From positions 186,001-248,758 of the forward strand of contig NW_026867152.1 in the NCBI RefSeq assembly GCF_026571515.1: a stretch of 62,758 nt of DNA. The letters run 5' to 3'. The position numbers and the translations under genes were made by a program. The notes beneath the pieces are model-generated. The model saw only the letters and a program-made list of their open reading frames with translations, did no database searches and had not been told where the DNA came from. The DNA comes from Ruditapes philippinarum (taxonomy: Eukaryota). This document shows, piece by piece, positions 27,301 through 38,936 of the stretch (position 1 is the stretch's first letter; the number at the start of each line of letters is the position of its first letter).

Positions 27301-30300
27301 TGAGTGAATTGAATAGCTACTCCCATCCCATAAATCATCTTTAATAGGCCTTTGTAGATTTTTAACTTCTATTATACGATATTTATTGCACAATATCATA
27401 ACGGAAAAGGACAAGCGTAATTGTTCGTAATATCTTACATTTAAGAGAGAACATGAATCCCAATTCAGCTTCATGAATGTCCTGGACACAATTCACAGCT
27501 TATTATTTGTTATTGAGAAAACAAGGAAGCCATAACTTGCCATTGACCTACATTTCTTGACAAATTATCCGTAAGTTCGGCATAAGTCGTATATTTAGTG
27601 TCTTAATTTGTCCTATGTTTTCCTTAGCTTAGCTTGAAATATCTTTTAACATCATTTATAATTTGTAATTAATTTTAATCACGGCACTGTTAAGTGAAAT
27701 AGAAGTAATCAATGCATTCTTTGTGAAGAACTTGAAGGCTGTAAAATTAAAAATTATATAACATATTTTCAATTATCTTTTATCTTGATCGTATTTCTGT
27801 TGTATCCCATGTTGTTTGTTTTTAAGCCTTTTGATATTTTTTAAAGTCAGTTATATTTTTTTTCCAAAATACCACGACACTGTTTATAAAAGTTAAGTTT
27901 TCTTTATGTTGATTTGCTGCATTAATTAGTAATTGTTATGCTAAAATAATTCTAGAAGCTCTTGATATTGCTAAAGACATTTGACATTTTTGTCACTTAA
28001 CATGCGTTAAAAAAGATTACATTGTGTTTTACTGTGTGCTCAATTCTGACAACGTGGCAGTACTATATATAGTTTGCCCTCATGCAAATTTAAAAGCTTA
28101 ACTAAAATTTTAAACACATTGAAAACCGTCACTATAGATTTCATTTCGTTTCTTGTTCGCACATAATAAATTTTTGCTCATTGTCAATTCTATCTTCAAC
28201 GAGAAATAATCGTTACTGTCTTTTATTTATTTTACGAAGCAGTAAAAGGTGATATTTATCTTTGACTATTCTGCCCCCTTAACACAGTCGTTTATTTTGT
28301 GATTCCAAAAGAATAGAAGAATTTGCTTTTTGTTCATTTTATTGCGCTACTCCTGGTCATTTACACAATCTTAGGTTTTCTCGAGATTATCAACATGCCT
28401 CATTACATCAATCTGCCTCTAGACCTTATGGTTATTTGATGATATTCTACGTCATAGATTTTGTTTTTTATCGTCATTAACTAACACTCACGAGTCTATT
28501 GTCTGGTTGGTAATATAGTGCTTTTTCAGTAGACAATCTTGCATTTATCGGTCATGAAATAGACTAGAAACAAAGATTAAGATAATTGTCTTTAATTCAC
28601 TTATAAAGATTGACACATATATCACCAACATTAATATTAATTAATATAAAATTATTCGTTATCTATTTTGTCACAATAATCCTTAGCATGAATAGTATGT
28701 GGGGTGAATATATGTTTTTGAAGCTAGTTTGAAATTTTCTATACGTCAAAACGGTATTTTGTATTATTTTTAATCAAAGTATATCAAAACTATTTCCTTA
28801 TTTTCGAGTATGATAATAATGTATTTCATAATTCATTAGCATGTTTTGTATACCTGTCCATATGGTTCAAGTAACGAATAGATAACCTTTAAAAGAATTA
28901 TCTTTTCATAAAACTACTTTAAGGTTTAACAAGGTTGTCATTTTAATGATATCAGATATTTTTATACGTGTACATTTTTAAGTCTCGTTCACATGATGCG
29001 AATCTAGTAAAATTGCATTTTGTTAAATAGAACCTGTGGTCTTTTCTAGACATATCGCAGTGTGCTAAGACTGCCACAAAAATATACAGACTAGAATACG
29101 AAGTTTGTAAATTTAGACAAATATTTAAAAGCAATATTTACGGTAACAGTCACCTTTAAATAGCGTGTAATTTTGTCCAAACATAAGCTATTTTCTTTCA
29201 CTGTTCATGATATATATCTAAAGCTTTCATTAGAACTACATATTTCTCACTTGATTAGAAAACAATTATTTGTAATTCAAATTTCCTATAAAATCGACTG
29301 TATGTAACACATTTAGTAATGAAAAGATTGATACGATATATATAAACTATTTAAATACGTTTCTGAATATTATTAAATTAAGTGTATTTGTTGTTCACTA
29401 GCGTACATTATGACTTACATTTTGATTATTATAGTAAAATAAATATTACGTAACAAAAACGACATATTGTAATTTATGGGAAATATGCTCTTTGGAACGA
29501 AAGTTCAACATTTCTTCTTGTATTCTTCAAAGTAATGCATTCTTTTCGGATAATTGATATTAACTAACTGTTAGTAAAATGTGATTAAAAAGCATGATAT
29601 CATAAAATAATGATAATATATGAATTTTTCGTTCATTTAACATTGGAAAGTATTAGTTAATTTTAATATCACAATTTTGTGTTTATGAACCGTTTACCAT
29701 TTCTGGAAACATCTCAACAATTCTGAAAAACTGAATCTAAGATTTAAGCAAGACTTCAGCTGATTTAATTAAGCATCATCAACTTATATTAACCTTAGTT
29801 TACAGAATATGTACTAATTAAAACTCAAGAAGGATTCATATTTAATTATTTTACCGGCTTTTATTTGGTTACATATCGCTAAATTGTATATTAGATCTCA
29901 GGTTGTTGGAACCATGCTTGAATTTACTTTCAATAAACTGAATACATTTGTCAAAGACAATCAAAATGCTCTGTATGAACAATTTGAAAAACAATTCATA
30001 ATTATGAATAACATAAATACATAATGTTTCATATTATCTGTCCTTAATGTAAGCATAGATATATCATTTTAAAATAGATCAAAAGCTTGACATTTTTTAC
30101 AGATATTATGTCATTTTCTTTGATATATAATTAATAGACGACACTTTTATATAAATTGATATTCTAAAGTATTTTTACGAGACTGTTTTACATCAAGTGC
30201 ACAATGTAACGTCCATTCTGATAAAATATGATGTCAAGTCAAGTCTTCTTAATGACATGTTTCCGAATAAATCGCACTCTCCTAACTTAAGACTTTATTT

Positions 30301-33300
30301 GCTATGCATTTCTTGCATAGGGCTGAATAATTGTTCCTTAATGTACTCTTAAGAAAAGTTTCTGAACTAATTTAAAAATCCGAATTATTATCACACTGGC
30401 AAAACAACTTATCCAGCTGATTATTCATTATTTAAAATCAAGCTTTGTTTAGAATAGAGGATAGAAATATGTGAGCAAGTAAACAACCACAACACAACAA
30501 CACACAATTATTTAGTAGTTTCGAAAGGATATTTTGATGATAATGAAAGAGAATGTTTAAAACAGTTACTGGGATAATATTATGATTGTATTTCTGTTGA
30601 TTGTCATATAATGTCAATATAAGAATCAGTTTGCAAATCATATTTCTTATTAAACACCACGTCATTTGTATTACCAGAATGCTTCATTTTCGTCGTTCGG
30701 TAAATGTCTGATTAACACGATACTTATATCAAAGACAATAAGATCATTTACGTTTCCCCAGTATTCTCAATGTTTGTATGCTTTAACGGGTTTTTAAGCT
30801 GTCTTCATAAAGAAGAAAACCTACCCGTTATACACCACAAGAATAAAATGTGTACACGTCATGTCAAGCAAACTGATCAATCATGTCTAGAACGTCGTTT
30901 GTATGCAACTCATTGATATCATCTGTTGCAAACGAATTCTTATATATCTTGCTCCTTGATTGAAATACATTGTACATAATGGTAGACGAATGTTTCCCAA
31001 TAGACGGATCCTGATTTGTATACATTTACACTAAATTTAAGGCTACATGTCATTGATCACGTTATTCAATTATCTTACTTTAATTTGTTCCTGTTTCTGA
31101 CATTCTCAGCACGTATTTTTTTTTTTTTCGGATAATGGATTTAATGTTGTACTCAGTTCTTTTAATATAATGTCTGCAATATCAATTGAAATGTCTATTG
31201 AGATGACTTTTTTTCATTTTTATGTGTTTACATGATGTTTCATCCGTCGTTAAGTGCTATACTACAGTTTAATTTTTAATTGAACGTTTTTTTTTTCTGA
31301 TTTAGGGGCAAAGGTAATATATGTAACATATGCATACTACAGTTTAAAGATTTTGGTGCCTTTTGGTAACTTTTTTCATTTGTACTTCTGGTCTTAAATG
31401 TACATCTGCCTTAGCATTCGAAAATAGTTTGCTCAGGATTTTTGAATCTACTTATATTTAGTATTGCAATATAGTAGATATGGTAAATTTTACATCCATT
31501 GTAATAATTATCGATTTAAACGTATAATTTAAATATGTTTTATGTGATGTCTTGCTGATGTTATATGATTTCTTCTGACAGAATATCACATCATCCAGAA
31601 TATTGACCGTGAACATAGCCCTTGTGATGTAATCCTTATTGGTCCCATCCAAAACATTTGAGATATATAATTTAACAAATTTGTAAAATGTCCTTTGAGA
31701 TATCATATATGCAGGAGACATTTATATTGTTATTATCAGCTGTCTTTAGAAAAATTAAGATCGTAGTTGTGCTTTTGCACAATCTTAGGCTTCGTGAGGT
31801 AACCTAATAAATAGCTGTATCATTTTGTTCTTAATAGAAGCATACATAAGACCAAATTGTTCACGCAATTAATTTTATAGTAGCTTATAAAAATTCCTGC
31901 TAGCAATCGGGGCAATTTATTAAGGTACCTAAGCAAAAGAGACTATTTAGTATCAGTAGTACAACGCTGCTTTTATTAAAGTGGCACTTCATTTAAAATG
32001 TTTATGCAATTTGCTAAAAGCGTAATACCTGTTAAGAATGCGTAATTTTTACAAATTATACAATTTCGGTAAAAGTATACATGTACATTAAAATTTATAC
32101 AGTAAAACAGTTCTTGTCACTTTTGGACTTTTTCTTCTTTCTTTTCGTAATTGACAAATATACATTTTAACAGGGTTAACAGACAGACAATTAGACAAAT
32201 AAACATCTCTGTAAGTACATTAATTACTCTGGATAGTAAATAATAAGAATGAATTACTAAAGTTTAAACATTTTTTGAATTCATGTTGTTCCAATAACCG
32301 TCTTTTATTCATTGAACTAAGCAGAAAAATGTGACATTTACCATTAATTATCTTTTCGCCCTAAGACAGTCGTTTTAAGTAGTATCCCAAACTAATAGGA
32401 TAAGCCATTTGCATTTGTTCATTTTATTACGATAGTCCCGGTCATTCACACAATCACAGTTTTTCCAGCGATTTTCTATATACTTCATTACATCAATTTG
32501 CCTCTAGACTATATGGTTATTTGATGATATTCTGACGTCATACATTTTGCTTTTTTTTCATAAACTAGCATTCAGGAGTCTAGTGTCCGGTGGTTATATC
32601 ATGCTTCTCAATACAGTAACTTGCATTAAGTTGTCATGAAATAGTCTACAAAATACAAAAAATAAAGCAAAAACAAAGAACAAAATTATTTATAATAGAC
32701 TAATAAAGATTGATACGTATATCACTAAAACATGTTGCAATAACAGTTACAAAATTTACATTAAGATAAAACGTGCCTTTTGTTCGCTATCTATTATGCC
32801 ACAATAATGCTTTGTGTGAATATTTTGTCCGGGGATTTTAAGTACTTTGAAACTACTTGATATTTTGCTATAGTATTTACATCAAAACCCTTTTATGTAT
32901 AATTTTAATCTATTCTATGACCAAATTGTTAAGTAGGTTAGAATGTATTTTACATTCCATAGGTATTTTTTGAGGAAATGATGTTCAATATCAGTGATCG
33001 GATTCAAGTCATGAGTAAGTAACCTTCAACAGAATTATTTTCATAAAAATAACGACTTTCAAGGTTCACAAAGTTGTCATCTTTTATGAGATCAGAAAGA
33101 CACGTGCATGGAATAAGAGAGTCTTGTTTACATCAAACGAATCTACTACATTTTCCTTTTGTTAAAAAGAACGCGTGCTCTTTTCCAAAAATATCCCAAT
33201 CGGTTTGGGGATTGTGTTCGTCTAATGACACTACGTATTACATTTCTATTTATATTCTAGTTATTTTTGCTATTGGGCGTTCGTTTATTGAATCCTATTA

Positions 33301-34526
33301 ATTCATTCAGGGAGTGTTTTTCCAATAGTGTACTTCTAATTTGTCCCCTTAAGCTTTTGTATAATATACGTGACAAATATGAAGACAAACATCAGCCGGC
33401 AAGAGCGATGTTCAAAGAGCACATCCCAGGAAAAAATCAGTCGCACATAAATACCGACCATCTCAATAAGTTATAGTGTACGAAAATAAGTTTTTAAATA
33501 TCGAAATATATTTTAAAAGTTCTCTTTATAAATGCATGTCTCACTTGGTTGGGAAACAATATTTAAAATAAAAAAATCCTATAAAATCCACAGTTTGTAA
33601 TATATATTTAGTTATTTAAAGTTAGATATAACACTGTTTGGCACTAATGGATTCAAGAATGAAATCATCGTTTTTTAAATTATATATAATTATATATAAA
33701 TATAGTTCTGAAATTTTTTTCCAATTTATGTGACGTTTATTATTGTACACCATGGCTTACATTTATGGTTAGTTTATTAAATTGAACATTATGTGTGACA
33801 AAAATGCCATTTGAAAAAAATAAAAGAAAAATAGACATGTTTAACACGATACCATTTTATTGTGTATATAAAACTCATAGACATACCTTTATATGAATTG
33901 AAGTTCTGGTATTTTAAGGAGTCTGTTTTGCAGCAAGTACTGAACGTGACGTCTGTTCTGAGCAAATGTGACGTCATGTCTATGTCTGCAGTTATTGATG
34001 GCATGTCTGCGTGTTTCCGAGTTAATCTTGTCATAATGAACAATGAAGATTACATACAGAACAGACATCTTAGCAATGATAATTATTACAAGAAACTAGA
34101 TGAGGACATTGCGGAAACAGTTCAGAAGAATGTCCGTGACTGTATAGACATTATTTCCGAAACCGAAGAATTTGTAGAGGAGGAGTTTGACATTTTTCCC
34201 GAAAAAAATACGTCCTCCGCAATTTTGTATTTTACCAAAGCTACATAAAAATATAGATAACTCATTGCCATTAGGATAGGTAGGCCTATAGTATCCGCAT
34301 GTAATTCCCCTACCGATAACATATCCAAATTCCTAGACTATATACTACAACCCCATGTGTTAACCTTGCCTTCGTATATAAAAGATACCACTGATTTTCT
34401 TACGAAATTTAAGAATTGTAGTCTATCATCCAACAGTTATTTGGTAACTATGGATGTTAGCTCTCTCTATACCAATATCCCCCATGATGAAGGTATCGAC
34501 GCCTGCCGGTCATTTTTGAATCGTAA

Positions 34527-35172
34527 TACCGCTGTGGCGTGAATTTTGTCAGACCCGTGAGAAACGTAAGACTTTACGTTCTGCGCATGCGCCAGGTGAG
34601 TTGTCGGACGGGCCGTGAGAAAATGTAAGACTTTCTGGTACAATTGGTGTGTTAACCTCGTTTTAGAAGCTCATTAAATTAATCCACAAGTGCAGTTCTT
34701 TCTTTTATTCATGAGCAGTAGAGAATTATTTTTCTACGAATACCAACTTTTAATTTTTCTGTGACACCACGTAATGTGTGGATGAAATATTGTCGCAAAT
34801 CAAGTGGCCAGTCTTTCGCACATCCGTTCGCTCCCGATGTCGAGTTGATGGAAAATCCCTGGAAAATCGAAGAGCTTTGAATCGAGCGTTAGCTTGTTTT
34901 TGATATTTTATATTAGAATGTGGTTATTTCAAAAGCATCGATGAAAGTATGTTAGTTTTTATTAATGCTTACAGGTACTGTAGGCCATGTCAGTCTGTTT
35001 TAAGAAGGAAGTGGCTAGCCGTACGGGCCCGTACGGCTAGCCAAAAGTTCTAGCCGTACGTGAGTCACGTACGACTAGCCTGGACACACTGTCATTGGCT
35101 AGCCGTACGGCACTTTTCAAAATTATATGGAATTCAAAAATGCATATGTTATTTTGTGTCTTTAAACGACGA
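34527..35172 (-). mobile_element. Non-coding, palindrome-rich insertion in the PLE RT; possibly a non-autonomous Helitron
   Basis: Removing 34527-35172 restores the frame (FLNRN-NTNTSLSVDSICKL) with an A|T junction and no TSD. The minus-strand 5' end is TC, but the 3' end is GGTA rather than CTRR. Confidence 0.6.
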
Positions 35173-36154
35173 TAACACTAACACCAGTCTGTCGGTCGAT
35201 AGTATTTGTAAACTTATAGAGCTTACACTTAAGAATAATCATTTTAAGTTCAACAATGATAATTACATCCAAACCATGGGTACAGCCATGGGTAGTCCAT
35301 TTGCCCCAGCTTATGCATCTTTGTTCATGGGTAAACTTGAACAAGACTTTTTACAGACACGCCAAACTTAAACTACCCTATGGTTACGGTGTCCTAGACG
35401 ACATATTCATGATCTGGGATCATTCTTTGGACTGAATTAAATGATGTTTGTCCAGGACCCTTAATGGATTAACATAGCTCAAATTAACTCACTTATGACA
35501 TTTCAGTGGATCATATTTCATTTCTGGATGTCGATTGTACTATGAAAGACAACAGGATAAATTTTGTTACCAATGTCCATGTGATAAAAATACCAACAAT
35601 CCACCAATACCTGGATTTACTCGTCCAATCATCATCCAAAACTTGTAAAAAAATGGTATTCCATACAGGTCAGGCCTAAGCGCTATCGTCGTATTATATC
35701 GACGGAGATGAACCAGTTTGCTAAGCACTGGACAGTCTCCCGTGAATTTTTCATTTCTAAGGTTACCCTGATAAGGCTTAATTGGATGACGCATTCGGTA
35801 AAGTTACGTGATGTATCTCAAGATGAAGCCCTTGGTATACAACAGTAAATCCTCTGATTGAAAAGATTGTACCTTTTATTAAATTGAATTAGTCCGTCTC
35901 TTCCCCCATATTGGCATATCGTAAAAAAAAATATGGATTTATTTAAGCTATCGCAAAATGCGTCAGTCCAACATTTGCAACTGAATACAAGACCCGTGTT
36001 AGCCTATCAGCGTGGTAAAATCCAAAGATTTCTTAGTCAGGTCTACATAAACCCAGCAAAATCCCTGGCCCTGTAAACGCCCATATCTAGCAATGCCCCC
36101 AGGCCCTAGATGTTTTGTACATTGTACTAGGGATATAAGAAACTGATAAAAATT

Positions 36155-36547
36155 TTGAAAAGTTTTTCTAATTCTTCTATATATCGCCTTAAATTTAATA
36201 CAGATTGTACATCCAATAATGTTATTTTATTTAATATCAATGTAAAAAAATGCAGCATGCAATATGTTGGCCAAACTAAACAACAAGTGTCCAAAAGAAT
36301 TAATAGTCACAGATTTGACATTAGGAATTTCAGTGACCCTGTGTATGCCAGTGGTGTTGCAAAACATTTTAACACTACAGACCACAGTGTAGAAGACTTC
36401 AGCTTTTTACCTATTGACATTGTTGACAATGACATGGACAGACTCGTCCGTGAAACATCTTGGATTCACAGACTTGATACTGTGTTTCCTTCTGGCATGA
36501 ACAACCAGTGTATTGTTCAAATTGTAAATTTTAGTTGGCAATTATAA
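36155..36547 (+). pseudogene. PLE GIY-YIG endonuclease domain
   Basis: C.S.NVI..C...YVGQT....R...H...HF....H..RE..WI..L.T..P.GMN pattern. Confidence 0.9.
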
Positions 36548-36755
36548 GTATATAGCAACTGTTTTAAAACTTTCTCCATGCATTTTTAATGTTTTGTCTT
36601 ATTATTATTTTACACTTTTCTTCATTATTTTTACTTATTTATATCATTTTTTTCATAAAATATTTCATTATTGTTATTTATTACCTCCCTTTATTTTTGA
36701 AAGAATAATTTTCCCCCTTCTATTTTATGATTTTATTTTACAAATTAGTTTTACA

Positions 36756-36894
36756 NNNNNNNNNNNNNNNNNNNNNNNNNNNNNNNNNNNNNNNNNNNNN
36801 NNNNNNNNNNNNNNNNNNNNNNNNNNNNNNNNNNNNNNNNNNNNNNNNNNNNNNNNNNNNNNNNNNNNNNNNNNNNNNNNNNNNNNNNNNNNNN
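36756..36894. other. Assembly gap (N run)
   Basis: Run of N inside the T-rich 3' UTR of the PLE. Confidence 1.
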
Positions 36895-37209
36895 AATGTT
36901 GTTGTTATTATATTATTATTATTATCTTTTTTTATTATTCTAGATAACTTGCTGGTTAATTAAAGTAATGCTTTCTCGCTAATTCCCAGTGAATGTATAT
37001 ATAAAATTATATGATATATTTTGACATATAGGTATGTTGGGTTTTATCATTTTTCTCTGCTTTATATTGTAGAAATATAGTTCTATTATTAATACCCACT
37101 GTATCTTTTTGATCCATATCTATTTGTTAATTACTTTATAATCACGTTTTTGCGCAATTTTGTCACGTTGACGTTGGCGTCCTAACGGACGTGACGTCAA
37201 ATACTTTGT

Positions 37210-37252
37210 ACGTTATTCTGATGAAGACAATAGTCGAAACTAGTAAAGATTA
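37210..37252 (+). ncRNA. Minimal type I hammerhead ribozyme (PLE-associated)
   Basis: CTGATGA (37218-37224), A, stem II GAC-AATA-GTC, GAAA, palindromic ACTAGT stem III, GTA cleavage triplet (37243-37245). Stem I is weak. Confidence 0.8.
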
Positions 37253-38061
37253 AAAAAAAATATGTGTTGTTTTGGTGTATTTTAACCGAGTTAATCTTAC
37301 GAATTTGTCTCTTATTGCAGACTTTAACTGCTGTGTACTTTCTGATACAGGGCTGGACACGCTTTCTTTTAGGTACCTCCAAAACATGTCTTGACACATT
37401 ATAAAAAACTGATCATTTATTACAAAATTGCTAAGTACACTAACTAGCTAATTCTTCCAAATTAAAATTTCTTTATCATTAAGGACAAATATTGTAAACA
37501 AGTAGAAGTCACAATGAACAATTATTATTAGTCAATAAAGACTATTTTGATGTTGATGTATTTCGGTATATGTCTGATTTAAACAATACTTATATCACAG
37601 ACAATGAGATTATGTACGTTTTCCAGTTTGTAGAATATCTTTTTGCAATGTTAATATGCTATCAATTGCCTTTTAAAGCTGTCATCATAAAAATAAAATT
37701 TGCCCGTGATATATCACAAAAATGAACAATTCATCTCAAGCAAACTGATCTATTATGTCTAGAAGGTCATTTGTATAAAACCTCATTCATATCATTTGCT
37801 GCAAAAGAATTAATTCTTAATATATATATTGCTCCTTGTTTGAAATTCACTTTACATAATGGTAGACGAACGTTTCCTAATAGACGGCTGTTGAATTGAT
37901 TTTCATATACTTACACTAAATTCAAGGCTACATGCCTCCAGATAAAAGTAAAATATTCACTATTCGAGAAATAATTTTCATATTATAAGTCAGATTTAAA
38001 CTGCAAGAAACTAACACAGGGAAGCTACGCATGCAAACTAAATTGTTTTGCTTGCAAATTC

Positions 38062-38424
38062 ATGAAAAACTCGGTAGAGATTAAAAGCACAACAACGTCC
38101 GAGGTATTTAAAATTCAAGGTCATTTTACATGTAAAACTCCGAGCATTATATACCTAATAACTTGCAAAAATTGTAACATTCAGTACGTGGGTCAGACGG
38201 GAAACACTATCAAAGAAAGACTCTATGGTCATATGGCGGATATTCGAGCGAAAAACACATTTAAACCAATTGCGCGCCATTTCGGCACTGAACACGACGT
38301 CACGAACATCACGATTACGATAATACAAAACACGGAGCGCAATCTAAACAAAAGGTTACGAACTGAAGAACTATGGATAAAGAAGCCCAACACAAAAACA
38401 CCAGACGGATTAAATTTAATTTAA
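38062..38424 (+). CDS. PLE GIY-YIG endonuclease domain (3' end of a truncated pol ORF)
   Basis: FTCKTPSIIYLITCKNCNIQYVGQTGNTIKERLYGH..ARHF..H..RLRTEELWIKKPNTKTPDGLN. Confidence 0.9.
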   Translation: MKNSVEIKSTTTSEVFKIQGHFTCKTPSIIYLITCKNCNIQYVGQTGNTIKERLYGHMADIRAKNTFKPIARHFGTEHDVTNITITIIQNTERNLNKRLRTEELWIKKPNTKTPDGLNLI

Positions 38425-38872
38425 AAGATATATTATACGCTAAGAAATTAGAAGACCACACAGAGAAAGAATTAGAACAACTAAATTTTGTAGACAACAT
38501 CCACATATGTAACACATGCAAACTAGTCGTAAATTCAGCAAAAAACCTGAGAAGACACATGAAAAAACATGAACAAACAACTTACAAATTGAGATGTGAT
38601 TGGTGCCAGAGAGAGACTCTTTAAAACATCATTCAAGAAATATTCATTTTCTACGTGAGGAAAAATTCCATATGGTAAAAATTTTAAATTCCACGACTCC
38701 ATCAAAAGACTCTCCCAAAAAGATGACTATTCTCAAGAAACCAACCTTCAGAATTATCCAAGGCAAGAATTTTCCAAAACGCTATCTATTTTTAGAAAAC
38801 TTTATTAATTTTGTTACTATTTTTATATATCACGTGACTTACCATCTTACACAATTTTTATACTTTAGCTAG
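38412..38872 (+). pseudogene. C2H2 zinc-finger ORF downstream of GIY-YIG (second finger frameshifted)
   Basis: HICNTCKLVVNSAKNLRRHMKKH fits C-x2-C-x12-H-x3-H exactly. It is followed by LRCDWCQ.. / RDSLKHHSRNIH, broken at a (GA)n run at ~38608-38616. Confidence 0.75.
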
Positions 38873-38889
38873 ATTTATATTTTTTTAAA

Positions 38890-38936
38890 TTTTATCCTGA
38901 TGAAGAACCAGATAGCTTCGAAAACGGTAGATCTTT
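38890..38936 (+). ncRNA. Minimal type I hammerhead ribozyme (PLE-associated)
   Basis: ATC-CTGATGA (38897-38903)-A-GAA..TTC-GAAA-ACGG-TA-GAT. Stem I is ATC/GAT, stem II is GAA/TTC, and the cleavage triplet is GTA. Confidence 0.75.

Larger units (their letters stand above)
34030..37285 (+). mobile_element. Penelope-like retroelement (Neptune-type; RT + C-terminal GIY-YIG), 5'-truncated and frameshifted
   Basis: RT motifs LPKLHK..GRPIVS..YIKDTTDFL..MDVSSLYTNIP (34210-34490), QTMGTAMGSPFAPAYASLFMG (35269-35331) and LDDIFMIW (~35395-35420). GIY-YIG YVGQTKQQVSKRINSH..RETSWIHRLDTVFPSGMN (36155-36505). Hammerhead at 37218. 13-bp direct repeat CCGAGTTAATCTT at 34017-34029 and 37286-37298. Confidence 0.93.

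Noticed and set aside
33862-34248. 128-aa ORF as a gene
   Set aside because: It is a chimaera of unit sequence and the PLE, joined at 34029/34030.
35060-35172. N-terminus of the 103-aa ORF
   Set aside because: It is read-through from the non-coding insertion; only the part after 35172 is RT.
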